Below, in pieces: positions 39,651-54,597 of a stretch of 64,000 nucleotides of DNA. The stretch is from the human T2T-CHM13v2.0 reference genome, Homo sapiens, in NCBI RefSeq assembly GCF_009914755.1, contig NC_060928.1. One strand, 5' to 3'. How positions within the stretch are numbered: position 1 is the first letter of the stretch; every line of letters begins with the position of its first letter. The position numbers and the translations under genes are program-made. A model generated the notes under the pieces. That model did not search any database. It saw only the letters and a program-made list of their open reading frames with translations, and was not told where the DNA came from.

Positions 39651-40864
39651 TGGTTTTTACTGCTCTGTCTAAAGCCTCTCAAAGTGCGGTTTTTGGACTA
39701 GTAGCACACTACATACGAGAAACACAAATTCTCAAATCCCACTGCAGACCTCTTCCACAAGGGCATGGGTATGCCAGAGTCTGGAAGAGACATGCAAAAC
39801 AGAAGATTAACATGGAACTGGAGATGGCGAGATGGCTCGGTATGCCCAGAAGAAACGAGTGATGGTAAAGACATGACTCCATGCTGGCCAACCTGACTTC
39901 TATCTGTGGTCTCTTGAACTCAGGGACCTTGATTCTCCTCCACAGAGAGATTCTATGTAGGCACTGTCCTTACTTCACCCTGCCACTATGGACAGCTCCT
40001 CAGCTTACCTATTTACCAGGCAATACTGTCTGACATTAAGTAGATGGCAGAAAAAGTCAAAGATAGGACACTCAAAAGGCAGGTTGAATAAAACTAATAA
40101 AATAATGGCATGGGTGGAAGATAGTGAGCGAATAAAAGAGAGGACCACACAGGACCAAAAAGCCAAATGAAGATGACTGAAAGACATGAGTACTCAAGAT
40201 ATGAACCGAGAAATTAACGGAAAAAAATTAAAGAAAATGACCAGCATGCCACATCGATCAACAACAACAGAAAAGATTACCTGAGTGGCTAAATTTAGCG
40301 TTGACCTGAGAGGATTAAAAATAAATTTGCTTGAGAAGAAAGCCGATTAGGATAAGGCTACAGAGTTCTCAAGCAAGATAACAATGTTCTGAACAAGAGA
40401 TTTAGCTTCAGTAGTAAAGAAAGAGAAAAATCTTATAGATGAAGATTCTTTTTAAAAAAATATTTAAAACAGGCATAACCTGTGGGTTACTTCATGAGAA
40501 CCATGCCAGCTGTACATACCTATGGTGTCTCTACTGCCTTTTGGCCTCGTAATTGTTCATTCTCTTCTTTTCAACAGGGCCTCCCACTTCAAAGAATATG
40601 ATTAATGTGGTACATGGATTTGGGTGAGAACAACAAAAAATTTCATCATTTCTTTAGTAAAGGCAAAAGGCTTTAAAAGGATTGGTTATTTAAGGTCTTC
40701 TACAGCATACTGACCATGGTATCTTTGGGTTGTGATTAAAAGAACGCACAGCAAGTGGGAGATTGTTTAGTGAATGTTACAGTGCTTTGTTAAGACTTCC
40801 AGGAGCACAGGACAGCTTCTCCTCTGTGTTATCCAACTAGTGTGCAGGTAAAATCTGCTCTTCT

Positions 40865-41044
40865 GCTAAGTATCTCTCAGTGTGCAATGAAGCGCTGGGA
40901 AGGTTGTTACAACAGATTGGTAGGCCCCCACTCTTCCAGTTTCTGATTCAAATTTTGGGGTGTGGCCTGAGGATTTGCATATCAAACATGTTCCCAGCTG
41001 ATGTTGCTGCTGCTGATCTGAGGACTATGCTTTGAGAACCACTG
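40865..41044. mobile_element. MER5A hAT-Charlie MITE
   Basis: agtttctgattca...ggcctgaggatttgcatatcaaacatgttcccagctgatgttgctgctgctg...ctttgagaaccactg. Confidence 0.8.
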
Positions 41045-43944
41045 TTTGCAAACATGAATCATCTCATTTCTTATAATAGGAAATCAGTGTTTAAAATGGC
41101 AAAAGTCACAGATTTTGGACAGTTTCCAAAGCTGTGTGATAAAGCCCATGAGTGAAGAGCAACACCTGAGTAAATGTGTGTACCTCTCACTCTGCGGCTG
41201 AGAGATATTGCCAATTTTGCCCCTGCTGCTTACCAAAGATGTCATACGCAAAATGACAGGTGCAATACAGCAGCATTTCAAAAATTCTACCTCAGTGAAA
41301 GAGAGCTGGTTATAAAGTTAAACAAGGCTGATTGAGTCAGGCTGATTAAATGGAGGAGTTGAAAAAAATAGACTTTAAAAAATTTTCTATTAAATATTTT
41401 AAAAAAATTTCCTAGAGGTAAATTTGAGGGCATATATTCATGAATCAAAGAGATACTTGTGCTACATATATCTTTGAACATGCCACTCTGTATTTGAAGA
41501 ACTCTGTCAGTTGGAAACAAAAACAGAGAATAGCACAGAATAGACTTCCCGGGGATGTCCACAAGCAGGTCTGGGAACCCGTACAAATCTTTCTCAAATC
41601 AAAAGAACTACCACTGAGATTCAGCAAGCTACCCCTCACCCAGGCATCATTTAAGCAATTATTTAAGCATTTCTAGATTAAGTGGCTTATTTAGCCCCAA
41701 ACAAGCCACTGAAATAATTGGAAGCAGAAATAGCCCTTGCACGCCATCCTTCCTTCTTTGAGTGCCGAACACCTCTCTTCAGCAAACAGGTTTCAACTCA
41801 TGAAGCAATAATGGATTCGGAATTCCGGTGGAATAAGCTCAAACTGATGATGGCATTTTCAATATTTATCGGTGAGTGACCATGCTTTTCATTAGTCTAC
41901 AGTACTCATGGAGATTGGTATATTAATAGGTAACCTTCGGCCTGTAAGCTCATTTGGGAAAGCAGTAGGTGACAGGGTCCTCTTTCAAATGTGATAAGTT
42001 CACTGTTTCTCTGAAAAATAGCACCGTTGGTTCTGAAAATAAAAATGTGTAGGCACTGAATAAGTATAGGAAAACATTACAGAGTCTTATTAGGAATGCT
42101 GTTGGAAGTAGCTGTTGTGGGAGGGTGGAGCTCATTCCTTTAAGAGGAAGGTTGGGACTATTGAGTTAGCTCTCAGCTCCTCTCATTAAAAGGGACTTAA
42201 ATGAAGACTCCTGACTGCGAAGGGGAAGCCAGCCAGGCTGGGTGAAGGAGGAGGCTTCTGCTAACAAGCCTGGTGTGGGGGCTTACACAGAAAACTAGCA
42301 CAATCAAATTCCTTTGTTGTTTCTACATGGACTGATGTATGGGAGAGAAGGCCCTGATGGGTTAGTTAGGGATATCCCTTTTGAGGGAGCCCTAGAAAAA
42401 AAAACAGATGCTAAAGTAAAGACCAGCTGAGATCAGTGTGACATAGCTTCTGCAGCACCCTTTAGTTACGGCCCTGTCATACCAGGGGGGAAAAAACATC
42501 TGTTTGTTCCCCTTCTGCTTATATGCCATGCTTGTGTGGTGTGAGTATCTTGAATGTGCCCATATAAATGCAAAAGGCTAAGACCAAGGTAGAACATTAA
42601 CCACACACTCAAAGGAACCTCCATTAGCCCTCTTTCCATGATGTCAGTATTTTGATGGCTCCATTCTCCTCTCTGAATATGGGGTAGACCTAGGTAACCA
42701 CAAATCCCAGATGGAGTGATCAGGAAAGACTCACTCTAGCCCACTACGCTCAAGCAGCTAGTGTTCTTTTAAGCACACACTTTGAGCTCAGCACCTTTGT
42801 GGTATTAGTGCTTGTGAATATTTGGGACTTTCCAAACATGGAGAATAAATTGATCCCTACAGTTTATTCCTTATTGCTTAGCCTTCAGAAATTGAACCAA
42901 AGGAAAAGATCATATTCAAAATTGGAGAGTAATTATTGCAAAACTCTTCTCATAAGGCAAGTTTTAAAATGTCATGCATAGATTTGATTCTGTCTTTTAG
43001 ACCAACAGTGTCTTGAAAGTGTGGCAGAGCCAATGGGAAAGGACCTAGAGAAAAAGCTGCAGGATAAGGATCCTGGGGACCAGAAATGACACAAACAGCG
43101 ATGCAGATTTTCAGTCTACCTTTATAACCTCATGATTGTGTTGCTTTGAAGCGATTTCTACAGAGATGTGTTTATTGCATCAACGCAAGACAGCTGATTT
43201 TTTAGAATATCTATTAACAACACTAACACTGGCCCTTCAGTTTTCCAAACAAGAATTCTTGCCATATGTTTGGCATTTGTAAAACAGTTTTTCTCTTTGT
43301 TTTCAATCATGCCAGAAGTTCCGTGATCTGATGCCAATTCATTTACAAGGCTCTTGTGGTCATGATCTTGGTCTTGTTGGGTAGTATTGTGACTAGCTAT
43401 CCAAAGCATATCTCCTGTTTTCATTTCAACTGTATTTCAATGCAAAGCTTATTGTCAAGGTAGCCTATTTAAATTGTTAAACAACTTTCAACCTTTTTTT
43501 GGTCAGTCTCGAGAACTGTATGTGCAATTCTTTTGTGAAAGAAACATACTGAGTCACAGCCATCATGACATTATTCATTGCCCAGGCGGACTGCTTCTCA
43601 AGACCCAGGCATAATTGTTAATTGTGTTCTAGACAAACTTAGGTGTATGTAGAGCAAAAACTGCCACCATCAGTACCACCACCACCACCACTACCACCAG
43701 GACACTGGACAGGGAATGGGGAGATTTCAAGATACTGAGCTAAAAATAAACAAGGTCTTCCAATAAGAAGATTCTGGAAAGAATTAGAAAGAAAGAATTT
43801 GTTATAAAACACCAAAAAATCTTTTTCTTTTCTTTTCCACAAAACCTAGAACAATATAAAATCCTGTAAGGCACGCACATGGCTTTTGTTTTCATGCCTC
43901 CAAATTATACTTCAAGCATGGAGATCTTAACCATTCATCTTTAA

Positions 43945-44297
<353 letters not shown>

Positions 44298-44394
44298 TAG
44301 AGTATTACAGCACTTCTAGGAAACTAACACGAGAACCAATGCCTAGCAGTGCTTTATTCATGCTGATGCTACACTTAGCTGAAACATGACTGCT

Positions 44395-44590
44395 ACTGAT
44401 AGCTACTGTTTCTGAACGCCTACTATGTGCCAGGTGATTTACAAAAGTTATTAATCTTTCAAAAAGTCTGTATAAAAAGAGAAAAGATTGATTAAAATTG
44501 CTTAAGATGGTCCAAATAGTAAGTAGAAGAGCTAGGATCAAATAGGTCTGTTCAATCACAAATCCCATGTGTTTTCCACCATAACTCTTT
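44395..44590 (-). mobile_element. MIR fragment
   Basis: atagctactgtttctgaacgcctactatgtgccagg...gtaagtagaagagctaggatcaaa. Confidence 0.65.
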
Positions 44591-45464
44591 GCTAGTATTA
44601 TTATCTTTTTTTCTTTAAGAAGAAGAGAGAATTGTGTTAATGTATTTGTGAACAGGCTTATCTTTTTATTTTGAAAACTTCCAAGGGCATGATCTATTAT
44701 AATAGGAACTTTGGTATTCCAAACTCCAGAAAGATAATGGATGCCTTTCCAAAGGATTGCATTCATTTTCTCCATTGATTTCACTAAATTTCACATAGCC
44801 TCTTTTTTTACAGCATTCTTTTACAGAATTTAACTTTTTCTAGATTCCTAAGGAAAGTATTTCTATTTCAAATAGAACTATGCATTTTCTACATTTATGA
44901 CATTAATTGTTAAATGTACTAATTAATTATGAACATTGAACTAAGGAATAGTCATATTCTGAAATTTATGTTAAGTGGTGGCACCTACTGATGACACATG
45001 ATATTGCAGTCTAATGTCAATATAAAAATTCTTAACATTTTAGAATAGAAACTGTTCTGTCAAATTATAAAATTACAAGATATATATTACTAGAGTAAAA
45101 TGGTGCATCTGAAGTATAAGTAGTCACAGAATATGCATGGCACATTTTTTTGGCATATCAATTTTATTCAATATTTATGTATGAAAGCAAATCTATATCA
45201 TGACTTTAACTGCAAACTTGGCCTCAATTTTTCATTTATGATGGAGGTCTTCCAAAAGAGTCTATGTTCTTAACACATTCATTATCATCTTGCCATTAGA
45301 GGTTCTCCAGTGGAAAACTTTTAGAAATATTGGGTCTAGCTCATCTCTCTTGTGTGAAAGATAAGGAAGTGATGTTTCCAGCTCTAGGTCTGGGCTTAGA
45401 GATAGGTTCGGAGAAGATAGAGTTTCAAACTTTTATATTCTTTTCATCAGAATTAATCACAGGA

Positions 45465-45665
45465 TTTTCATTTGTATAGTATATTTCAAAATAACTAGAA
45501 GAGAAGAATTGTAATATTCTCAACACAAAGGAAAGGTAAATGTTTGAGGTGATGAATATCCCAATTACCCTGATTTGATCATCACACATTGTATACAGTC
45601 ATTGAAATATCACATGCACCCCCAACTATGAACAACTACTGAATGTCAATTAGAAACTTAGAAGA
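45465..45665 (+). mobile_element. L1MA 3' end fragment
   Basis: atatttcaaaataactagaagagaagaattg...gtttgaggtgatgaatatcccaattaccctgatttgatcat. Confidence 0.8.
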
Positions 45666-46189
45666 AAATGTTAAATTTGGAATATGATAAACATTTCAAA
45701 AGGATGTTGGGAATGTAAGAAGTTCCATGACCCTGAAAATTGATAGCAATGCTAGAATAAAATACTCCATCTGAGAAACCTTTGCAAGTTCTCAAGCAAC
45801 TATGAATGTCATCCAGTGGTACACTGGTGAACCTGATAATCTCTTTTGCTGGAATATTTTAAAATTCAATTTCACTTGAAGGAACTGTTGATTGCAAATA
45901 TGCCATTAGTTTCTTCATATAAGACAACAGATAAATCACCAACACTAGCTTTATAATGCAGTCAACATTCTGAAATACATTTATTTCATATAATAAAGAC
46001 ACTAAAATTTAGGCCAAATTTAAAGTTCAAAGAATAGCTTTGAAATAAGACCATAGATGAGGGTCTAAGGTTCTGAAGGTCTAAGGGATTAAGATGTAGC
46101 CTATGAATAGGCAAACCACTTCAAAAATGCCAAATGATTGCTCAAACTGAAATCGTAGACTGAGGTTGGCAAAAGTGAGAACTGAAAAC

Positions 46190-46546
46190 ATCTAAGGTTG
46201 CATTACTACAGCAAACAACCAAGCCTGACTTAAAAATGTGCAGATTGGCTGCTATCATATTGCTGAAGAGGCAGGCTTTTGATTTTTAGTCAAAATGGCT
46301 TGGCCAACATGGACACTTTATTGTCACACATAACTAGGGCTTCTGATGTAGGGAGGCGCCAGGATTGATTGATTCAGCAAATCAAGAATGTCATTAAGTA
46401 TCCACAGTCATTCTTTTTGTTCTACCAGCCTTCAGCCTTGCTCTTTTGTTACTCCTTTTCATGTTTGCAAAATGACGTTATCTCCAAACCTTATATCCTC
46501 ATACATCAATGTCCAGAGACAAAACAAAAAAACAAAAGGGTGCTCC

Positions 46547-46605
<59 letters not shown>

Positions 46606-46905
46606 ATCTCTTTTTAAGAACTTGGAATCTTTCCCCAAAAAATACCCCATATATTTCAATGTCCACTCATGTATTACTACTTAGAATTGGATCAGGAACC
46701 TCTTTGCAACCCAACCTCAAACTGGCAAGGGAAATGCAATTCCTGTACTGTGTTATGATTGGTAGAGGATAATTAAGGTTCCATCTGGGCTGAGACTAAA
46801 GCAGGACTGGACTTCTCTGAGAACTCTAATAATACCTGCATCAAATATAAGTTCTATAATAAGGAAACGGGCTCCTTGGGAAGAAAACCAAGTGTCTGCT
46901 ACACA
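46190..46905. mobile_element. Degenerate MLT1-family LTR containing a (CT)n(CA)n microsatellite
   Basis: MLT1-like blocks (ggattgattgattcagcaaatcaagaatgtcattaag; agaattggatca; tgtctgctaca). Microsatellite at 46547-46606. Confidence 0.45.
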
Positions 46906-47859
46906 GCACAACATAAAGCAACAGAAATTGACATCACGAAGGCCAACAGAGAAACTGTTAGCATGGAAGATACCATGCTAAATAGAATGTATAAATAAAA
47001 AAGAAACACACTCAGAGGGGCTAAAGGAAGGAAAAACATCGGAAGTATGCTTCCATCTAATCCTTCTGTATCTGGAAACTTTATTTCTGACTCCAGACCA
47101 CCCCAAGCAGTGGCAGCCTAACATCTTAGGGCCACTTTTCACAGGGAGCGTATACAAAAGTAGAAGAATGATAATGACTTGCTCTGCAGAATAGTGGGAG
47201 AGCAAAAGGGTTTTGTTCTGACTGCATCTTTCCCCACCATAATTCTGTGGGTTCTTTATGCTTACACATACACAACTCATGCAGGCTCTATCTAACCTTG
47301 CTGTGTGGCTGATTCTGGAGTTGTTTTATCCTGTGAGAGGAGGGCATGGTGTCAATGTAGGTTATGTAAATAATAAGATGGAAGTTTATGTAGATAATTT
47401 TGTCTGTATTGCATATTCATTCCTATAATGTTCTACATTATCCTCAGAAACTAGATGATAGGATATTTTTTCTCAAACAAGATTAAAGGGGTCAAAGGAA
47501 TATTATTTTAATAAACCACTAAACCAGAATTACATCACAAAATAATTAAGAGGAGTCCTGAATCTTCTCTTTAGAAATGAAAAACATCTTAAAAAGGCAA
47601 ACTTTGAGAAGACTTTTTACTAGAAAACTGGTTATAAATGTTTCTTAGTGTAAAAGAAATACCGTACTTGGATATCCTATCAAATAGTAATTAATGGCCT
47701 AAAGTCACATTTAGATAAATCATATTTAGTTCGACTAAAGAGATGTCAGGCTTCTTTCAGATCTGGTATTCTATGATCCTGAAAATTCAGAGATTCTATG
47801 AATCACTTAATGTGTGTTCTTCTCTATGTTATTGAGTATTATTCAAAATTATATGTGTT

Positions 47860-48360
47860 CACTAATTCAACAGATATTTCTTGAATACCTAATATGTGTC
47901 AGAAGCTGTTCTGGGTGCTTGGGATGTTTGTGAAGAAAATAGACAAACATTTTAAGCCCTTGTGTGCTAATACCCTACAGGGAGAAAGATAAACAATAAA
48001 TGATCAGCATAATAAATTAATAAATTTACTATGATAAAATAGGTAGACTAAGTCAGATGTTCCTAGCTTAAAGAAAAGATAAATATTTAAGGTGATGGAT
48101 ATCCCAGTTATCCTGATTTCATTTGTACACATGATATGAATGTATCAAATCATCACATGTTCCCCCCAAATACATACATCCGTTATGTGTGTATCAATTA
48201 AAATTGAAATTAAAATAAATGAATGAATAAATAAATAACAAATATACTATGATAGAAGGTGGTAAGAGTAATGGGGAAAAATAGGGCAGGCTTAGAAAAT
48301 CTAGAGCACAAGAGATGTTGCGTTTTTAAATGAGGTGAACAAGCTAGACCTAATTGAGAA
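47860..48360 (-). mobile_element. L2 3' fragment with nested plus-strand L1MA 3' fragment (~48050-48240)
   Basis: ttcactaattcaacagatatttcttgaatacctaatatgtgtcag (reverse L2); aaatatttaaggtgatggatatcccagttatcctgattt (L1MA). Confidence 0.7.
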
Positions 48361-48629
48361 AGTTTTATATATATGCATATACTTTATATGTGTAAATATT
48401 TACATATATGTGTGCATTTACATGGGTACGGAAGTGCAAGCTAAATTGAAGTAAATACCAACTACATAGATATGTGTATATGTATATATATATTTACACT
48501 AAAATCCGTTAATATATCTTCCACTAAGTTTAAATTTGTCATAATTTAAATACAACCTTGGTTAAGCATTTCTTTGTGTTTTTCATAAAGAGTTTCTAAT
48601 AGTGAAAAATGACCTTTAAAATGATATTT

Positions 48630-49820
48630 TTATAGTATTTTTTGTTTTAATTGATTCTAAAAGCTTGCTTATTTTAGAAAATTCAAAATATTGAAAAATA
48701 AACAAAAATCACCTGTAATTCCACTTCTCATAGATCACTACTAATATTCTAGAACACTTCCTCCATTCCTTTATCCCTGAACTCTTTCCTTTCTCTGCCT
48801 TTCTATTTCGCACCCTTCTAACTACCTAGATAGAATTAAGGATTATTATATACAAATGGATAACATTTTTGAAAATTAAACCCTCAATCCCTTATCTGAA
48901 ACCTTTGGAACCAAATGTGATTAAGAACTGAGAAATGATTGAATATAAAAAGGTAATTTGGTAAACTGTATATTGTATGATACCTCCAGTATAATCTGGG
49001 ATTAGACTGTATAATCAAATACATTAATTATTTTTACAAATAATTAATGTTCAGCTATTCACAATAAATAAGATGAATAAAGTCTATAGTTTTATATTAG
49101 TTAAGGTCATGTTTTGCTGTTTAATTATAGTTACAGAATAGTCTTTTGGTTTTTGTAAATTTCTTGGATTTCAGAATTGCAGATAAGAAATTGTGAACCT
49201 GAGTACATTTTTTAACATGCTGGCTTTTTTAAAAACTTAGAGTTATGTTAATATTTTCTGATGATAAATTTTTGTAAAAAATTTTAATAACAAAATAGCT
49301 CATTTCATGAATGTTTCTTGATTTTCTTAACTATTCTTATATTATTAGACATTCTTTTGCATAAATCTTTGATCATATTATTAACTCTTATTTAGATTTC
49401 TAGAAATGGACTTTACTGGATCAAAGAATAGAAACATGTTAAGACATGATATGTGACGTATATTGCTTTCCAGAAAAGTTGAACAAATTTACACTCTCAT
49501 CAGCAGTACATAAAAATTCCATGCTCATTTTAGCTAGTAGATATGAGTGAATGTCTACCAAATATTTCTTAAATGTGTTAAAAAATTATTAGAGTAATTT
49601 GCATATTAAGCATGTTAGCTAATTGTTTATCATATTTGATGCATTTGTTTTTCTTGTTTATATATTATATTGTTTAAAAAATTTACATGTAGATACATGT
49701 AAATATCACATAAGGTATTATGACATTTACATATTTATTTTTCTGGTTTATATTTACATATATATGTTACATTTTGTGGATCAAGTTTATTGATGTTTTC
49801 TTATGTTATGTTGAATATAG
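48630..49820 (-). mobile_element. Ancient L1 (L1MC/ME) fragments
   Basis: ttctagaaatggactttactggatcaaag; attgctttccagaaaagttgaacaaatttacactctcatcagcagt. Confidence 0.55.
48878..49201. mobile_element. MER46C-like TcMar-Tigger MITE
   Basis: TIR-like ends caatcccttatctgaaacc... / ...cagaattgcagataagaaattgtgaacctg. Confidence 0.75.
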
Positions 49821-49827
49821 CTTTTAG

Positions 49828-50138
<311 letters not shown>

Positions 50139-50262
50139 AGGGTTTTATATTTTTAATTTACCATCTATTCCATCTATAATATGTTCTTCAGCTACAATGT
50201 ATCTTCAAAACATTTTTTTTTAGAACTTCACATGAGTGATATATTTTCTGAGCTCCTATATA

Positions 50263-50264
<2 letters not shown>

Positions 50265-50306
<42 letters not shown>

Positions 50307-50331
50307 GTGTGTGTGACAGAGAGAGAGAGAG
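50265..50331. repeat. (TG)n(AG)n compound microsatellite
   Basis: Direct reading. Confidence 0.95.
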
Positions 50332-53300
50332 CATTCACGCATGTTACAAGATTTTGGCAAGTACATTGGTTCACAATATTTTTTCTGCAAAACTTTATGG
50401 GACTTCTCCCTCACTTTTGGGAGCCAGTCTGGCCACAGAGGGATACTGTTTCCATGTGGAAGGCTCAGTGATGCATCCCTGGCCCTGTGAGGGCCGTGCA
50501 GTCCAACATCACTGGTTCTGGATCAATAAGAGGAGTTCCACGTGAAGTGTAATCTTCAAAACACCCAAGGCAGTGATAGCCAGTGGAAAAGGAAGAAGGA
50601 AAAACAGCTTTTCATCTTAGGAAAGTTTGTGAAGAGCAAAAAACAAATGTAGTGATTTTGATGAATGTCAGGAGCATAACAAAGCAAAGACAAGCCCCTT
50701 TCCCTTGTGGGCTATTGGAGCTGATTTGATGCAATTGAAGAATACTGTACAGAGAAGCTTCTTCTGCTGTGAACTATGTGCTAAGATCCAGAAACTCAAG
50801 AAAACAACTTAATGACTCTTATTCCAGGAAGAGCATGGCAATTTTCAGAAAAGTGTTCTCTGCTGGCCTGGTTGAGGGTCATGATGCAGCTAGAGTGGCT
50901 GCTAATTTACCAAAGATGGCTTCGATGCTTCAAAGACATTGACACTAAGGCTGGTTTCTGGCTGCGATATTCCTGGGGTTCCCAATGAATGAAGCTAATT
51001 GGTTTTGCTCAGAGTGACAGGTGATGACTGCTCTTTGATGTCTTCCTTTCTCCACCTCACCAATCAACCTCCTACCTTCCCTCTTTCTGCCTACTCCCTC
51101 TTCCTCCTACTTCCAGACACTTGTGAAAACAGGAGATTGTGAAAAGACCAGCTTAGATGAGAGGAGGAGAAAAAGAATTTATTTTTAAGCTTATTACATT
51201 CTGAGTTCAGTTTCTTATTCTAGCAATCCACAGTGCAAGAACATGAAAATGCCACACCTGTCTGGCTGTTGCTAACTTTTCCAAGCTGCCATATTCTTAG
51301 TAGTGAATTTGGATATCTTTTATAAAGAATCTGAAATGCACTTAGATGTCATGTTTATAGGTGCAAAAACACTTTCAGAAAGTTATCTGAAGAAATTTCT
51401 TTTTATCATAAGCTTAGTTCTTTCACTGTTAAATTTCTGTTAGGATACTTCAATTGTCCATCTGACTATTTTATGGTATACTTAGAATTGAACAAATACG
51501 TTAAATTAGGATTTACTAGACAAAGTAGAACGTTTGTTTTAAAATTGTGAGATTTATAAAAGTTTTCACAGATTTAGCTACAAAGGAAAGAACACTTGGA
51601 GTATATACTTCCTATCAGTAATTTCCTGTCACTTAAACAACAGTTTCAAGTATATTTTTGACATATTTGTACTTCCATTTTTTTAGGATCTGAGATGCAT
51701 ATTTTGTGAAAACTGATTGACAGCCTGATTGTCTCTTGAAAATTGTAGGTGCTTTGCAGGCCTTAATATCAGGAACATTCCTGAAGCTAATTTACTCTGA
51801 AATATTGTCAGACCTTCCAAATTTCTCTATGTTAACATGTAAGTTAGGCTTCATCAGGATGCCTAAAAACTATAATATGAGATCAAAAGCTGTCATTCTG
51901 CTAGATTGCTAACTCTATAACCACATTTGTGATTTAGCTTCTCCTTAAGTGATATAATTTGCTTTTCTAAAGGAGATAATCTTAAAAACACTGGAATCAG
52001 AGTTTTACTTAAAATTCTTCAGAACTGCAAAATGAAAATTATAAAAAGGATTTTGTGTAATGGCCAAAAGGCAAAATGCTCTTAGTTTTCAAAAGTAAAC
52101 ACTTCTGACTCAAGTGGTCCTCAACTTTGAATTGTGGCCTGTAGAATACGAAACTGATAAATCTTCAGAATTTCAAAATTGAAAGATAAACTCTCAGAGA
52201 GGCAGACTCCTTGAATGTGCCATTGCTACATTCTAACTAACCCTAGATATGGTAGTACTTTGATGTATTTTTTTAAAGTGCAAGTACATTACTAAGAAAT
52301 AAGGTACTTCTAATTGCTTACCATAAATTAAGATATTTTGGGACCATTTATATAAATTTAATGTAATTTCAATATTTTTCTCTAATTTAAACTGCCAAAT
52401 TGTGACAGCTTTACTACTGTGTTTTATATAATGAGGGCAAGACTACTAGAGGCGCTGAAAGACCAAGGAATATATCGAAAATTAAAAGGAGCTTCAGTCT
52501 CCCTTTGCTTCATTGCATCGTCTCATGGCTGCTAATAATTTTCCTCTGACAATAGAAAACGTAGGAAATATCTCTATTTCTTTCTCATCACCCATCACTG
52601 TACATACAGTATAGTTTTCTGAAAATGAAAGAAACTTCTAATAAATGATATTGACAAACAGTAAGATCCAAAATAGATAAGTGACCAAGAGGATACGTGT
52701 AGAATTGACCAACTGTCCAAAAAGATACTAATTTACAGAAAATTTTGAAGCCATCAGGAATTTTACCTTAACCTCCCATTAAGGAGCTACTCTGTGTTTG
52801 AATTAACATTTTATGACAGAATAACTGGAAGTTTATAATGCTAGAATTTAATTTTGCTGGAAAGAATCACCATCGTCCCACTGGTTTTTAAAGCAGAATT
52901 CATTTGGTATAGCTCTTACACAAAGGAATTCCATTTCCTATGGTTTATTTATTAATAACTGATTAACATGTAAATTATATGCAAGTAAGCACTTCAGAAA
53001 AAGAAATAAAGAAATTAGACATGGGCTTTGGTGGTCTCACTTTACTGTAACTTTTTCCAAGTTTACTTCATTAAAATATCTTCTTAAGGGGCTTTGTTAG
53101 ATTTCCAGAGAAAACTCAAATGAAATATTGTTTTATTCCTTATTACAGTGTTTTCCACTTTAAAATATATTAAAATTTACTGCACTATGATTCAGGGTAA
53201 TATTCTGTAAGACTGCCAATCATAACATTTGAATTGCTTAACTCATCTGATTATATCATATCTGATTATATTCTTATAAGGCTACCTCCAGTTCCACTTT

Positions 53301-53434
53301 CCATTTTCAAACATATTGTGAGGAAAAGAAAAAAATACATACACACACACACAGACACACGCACAACACACACACACTTATATATATTCCCCACAATACC
53401 CTTGACATAAACTCTCTGAACTTTAACTCCCACA

Positions 53435-53780
53435 TTTCTGATTAATCAAGACTCTTTCATTTAAAACTAGAGAAACTAACTCTCTGACTGAAAGAATTGA
53501 TTGGAGAGATACTGATTGATTCAGAGATGACAGGGAAGCTGTAGGACAAGGTGCATCTTAAGAGGCCTAGGTAGCAACCATTACCTTACCAAGGTGCTCT
53601 GCCAAATGGAAGTTCCAATTCCAGCAAAGGAGTGTCCAGTTGGCCTGGTTTGGATCACATGGTTTATCCTTTGCCCAGGAAACCAGGAGAGGGTAGACAG
53701 TACTTTGGATCAAACTGGGTCCAGTGGGGAAGCATAATTTTTCAAAAGGATGTTGAGTTGAGTGTATAAAAACCAAGCAA
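53435..53780. mobile_element. Degenerate MLT1-family LTR
   Basis: aatcaagactctttc...agaaactaactc; tggcctggtttggatcacatggtttatcct. Confidence 0.45.
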
Positions 53781-54123
53781 GCAACCAGCCTCTCTGGGGA
53801 CTTTTAATGGAGTATTAAATTAGAATAGCTTTCCTCAAAGAACAGGAAAACTCTTCACTTATTTTTTTTATCATTCTTTGAGTATGCACATACAATACAA
53901 ACCAAAGATAAATAAGGAAAGATATTCCTAATAACTGAGTTTAAAACTTGTAATTGACAAAGGGTATCAGACTATGTCTGAGATTGAATTATTAATAGGA
54001 AGTATTCCTATTTATAAATGAAGAAGTTAATGTATCTGTAACCCAAGTTTTAACCCCAGGCTCACATAGATAGCACAATTTATTACAGTATTTGAAAGTT
54101 TTGTGGTTTTATTCATAACTATC

Positions 54124-54597
54124 TGTTGGGAGATAATTGTTCCTCTTCTGCATGTCCTGCAAGCAGAGGAATTGGCTGCCTTAGTTCTAGACTATATTTG
54201 CAAAAAAAATTTTGTGGTGAACAGACTTAGAAGATAGTGTCTCCTTCTGGAATTAATGGCACACAGGCTAAATGTCCAGCATAATGAAGATAATGTCCTC
54301 TTACTGCCCATTTCAAAGACTTGGGCTCTCTAAGCTCAGGGTCCCCTTCCTGTAATGCGGCCTACTGCTTATGTAGGCATCCCTTGGCCTTCTTTACTCA
54401 CCCCGTGGAAGTTGGGGGTCAGATAACTGGCCCAAGAAAATGATGACACTGTGACTACAGCCATCACTATGAGTCACGAAGTCTCTGTCTCTGATCCAGG
54501 AGTCTTCTATCCTCTGCCAGCATTCATGAAACCGTGGTGGGCTCACCAGTTATCTTTTAAGTAGAATAAAGTCTCAGACATTTTACAGCTCTTGACA
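54124..54597 (+). mobile_element. LTR40-like ERVL solo LTR, complete
   Basis: tgttgggagataatt...acagctcttgaca with TG...CA termini; 5-bp TSD ctatc/atatc. Confidence 0.85.

Noticed and set aside
44305-44784. 159-aa ORF
   Set aside because: Non-ATG start, partly MIR-derived, no domain or splice context.
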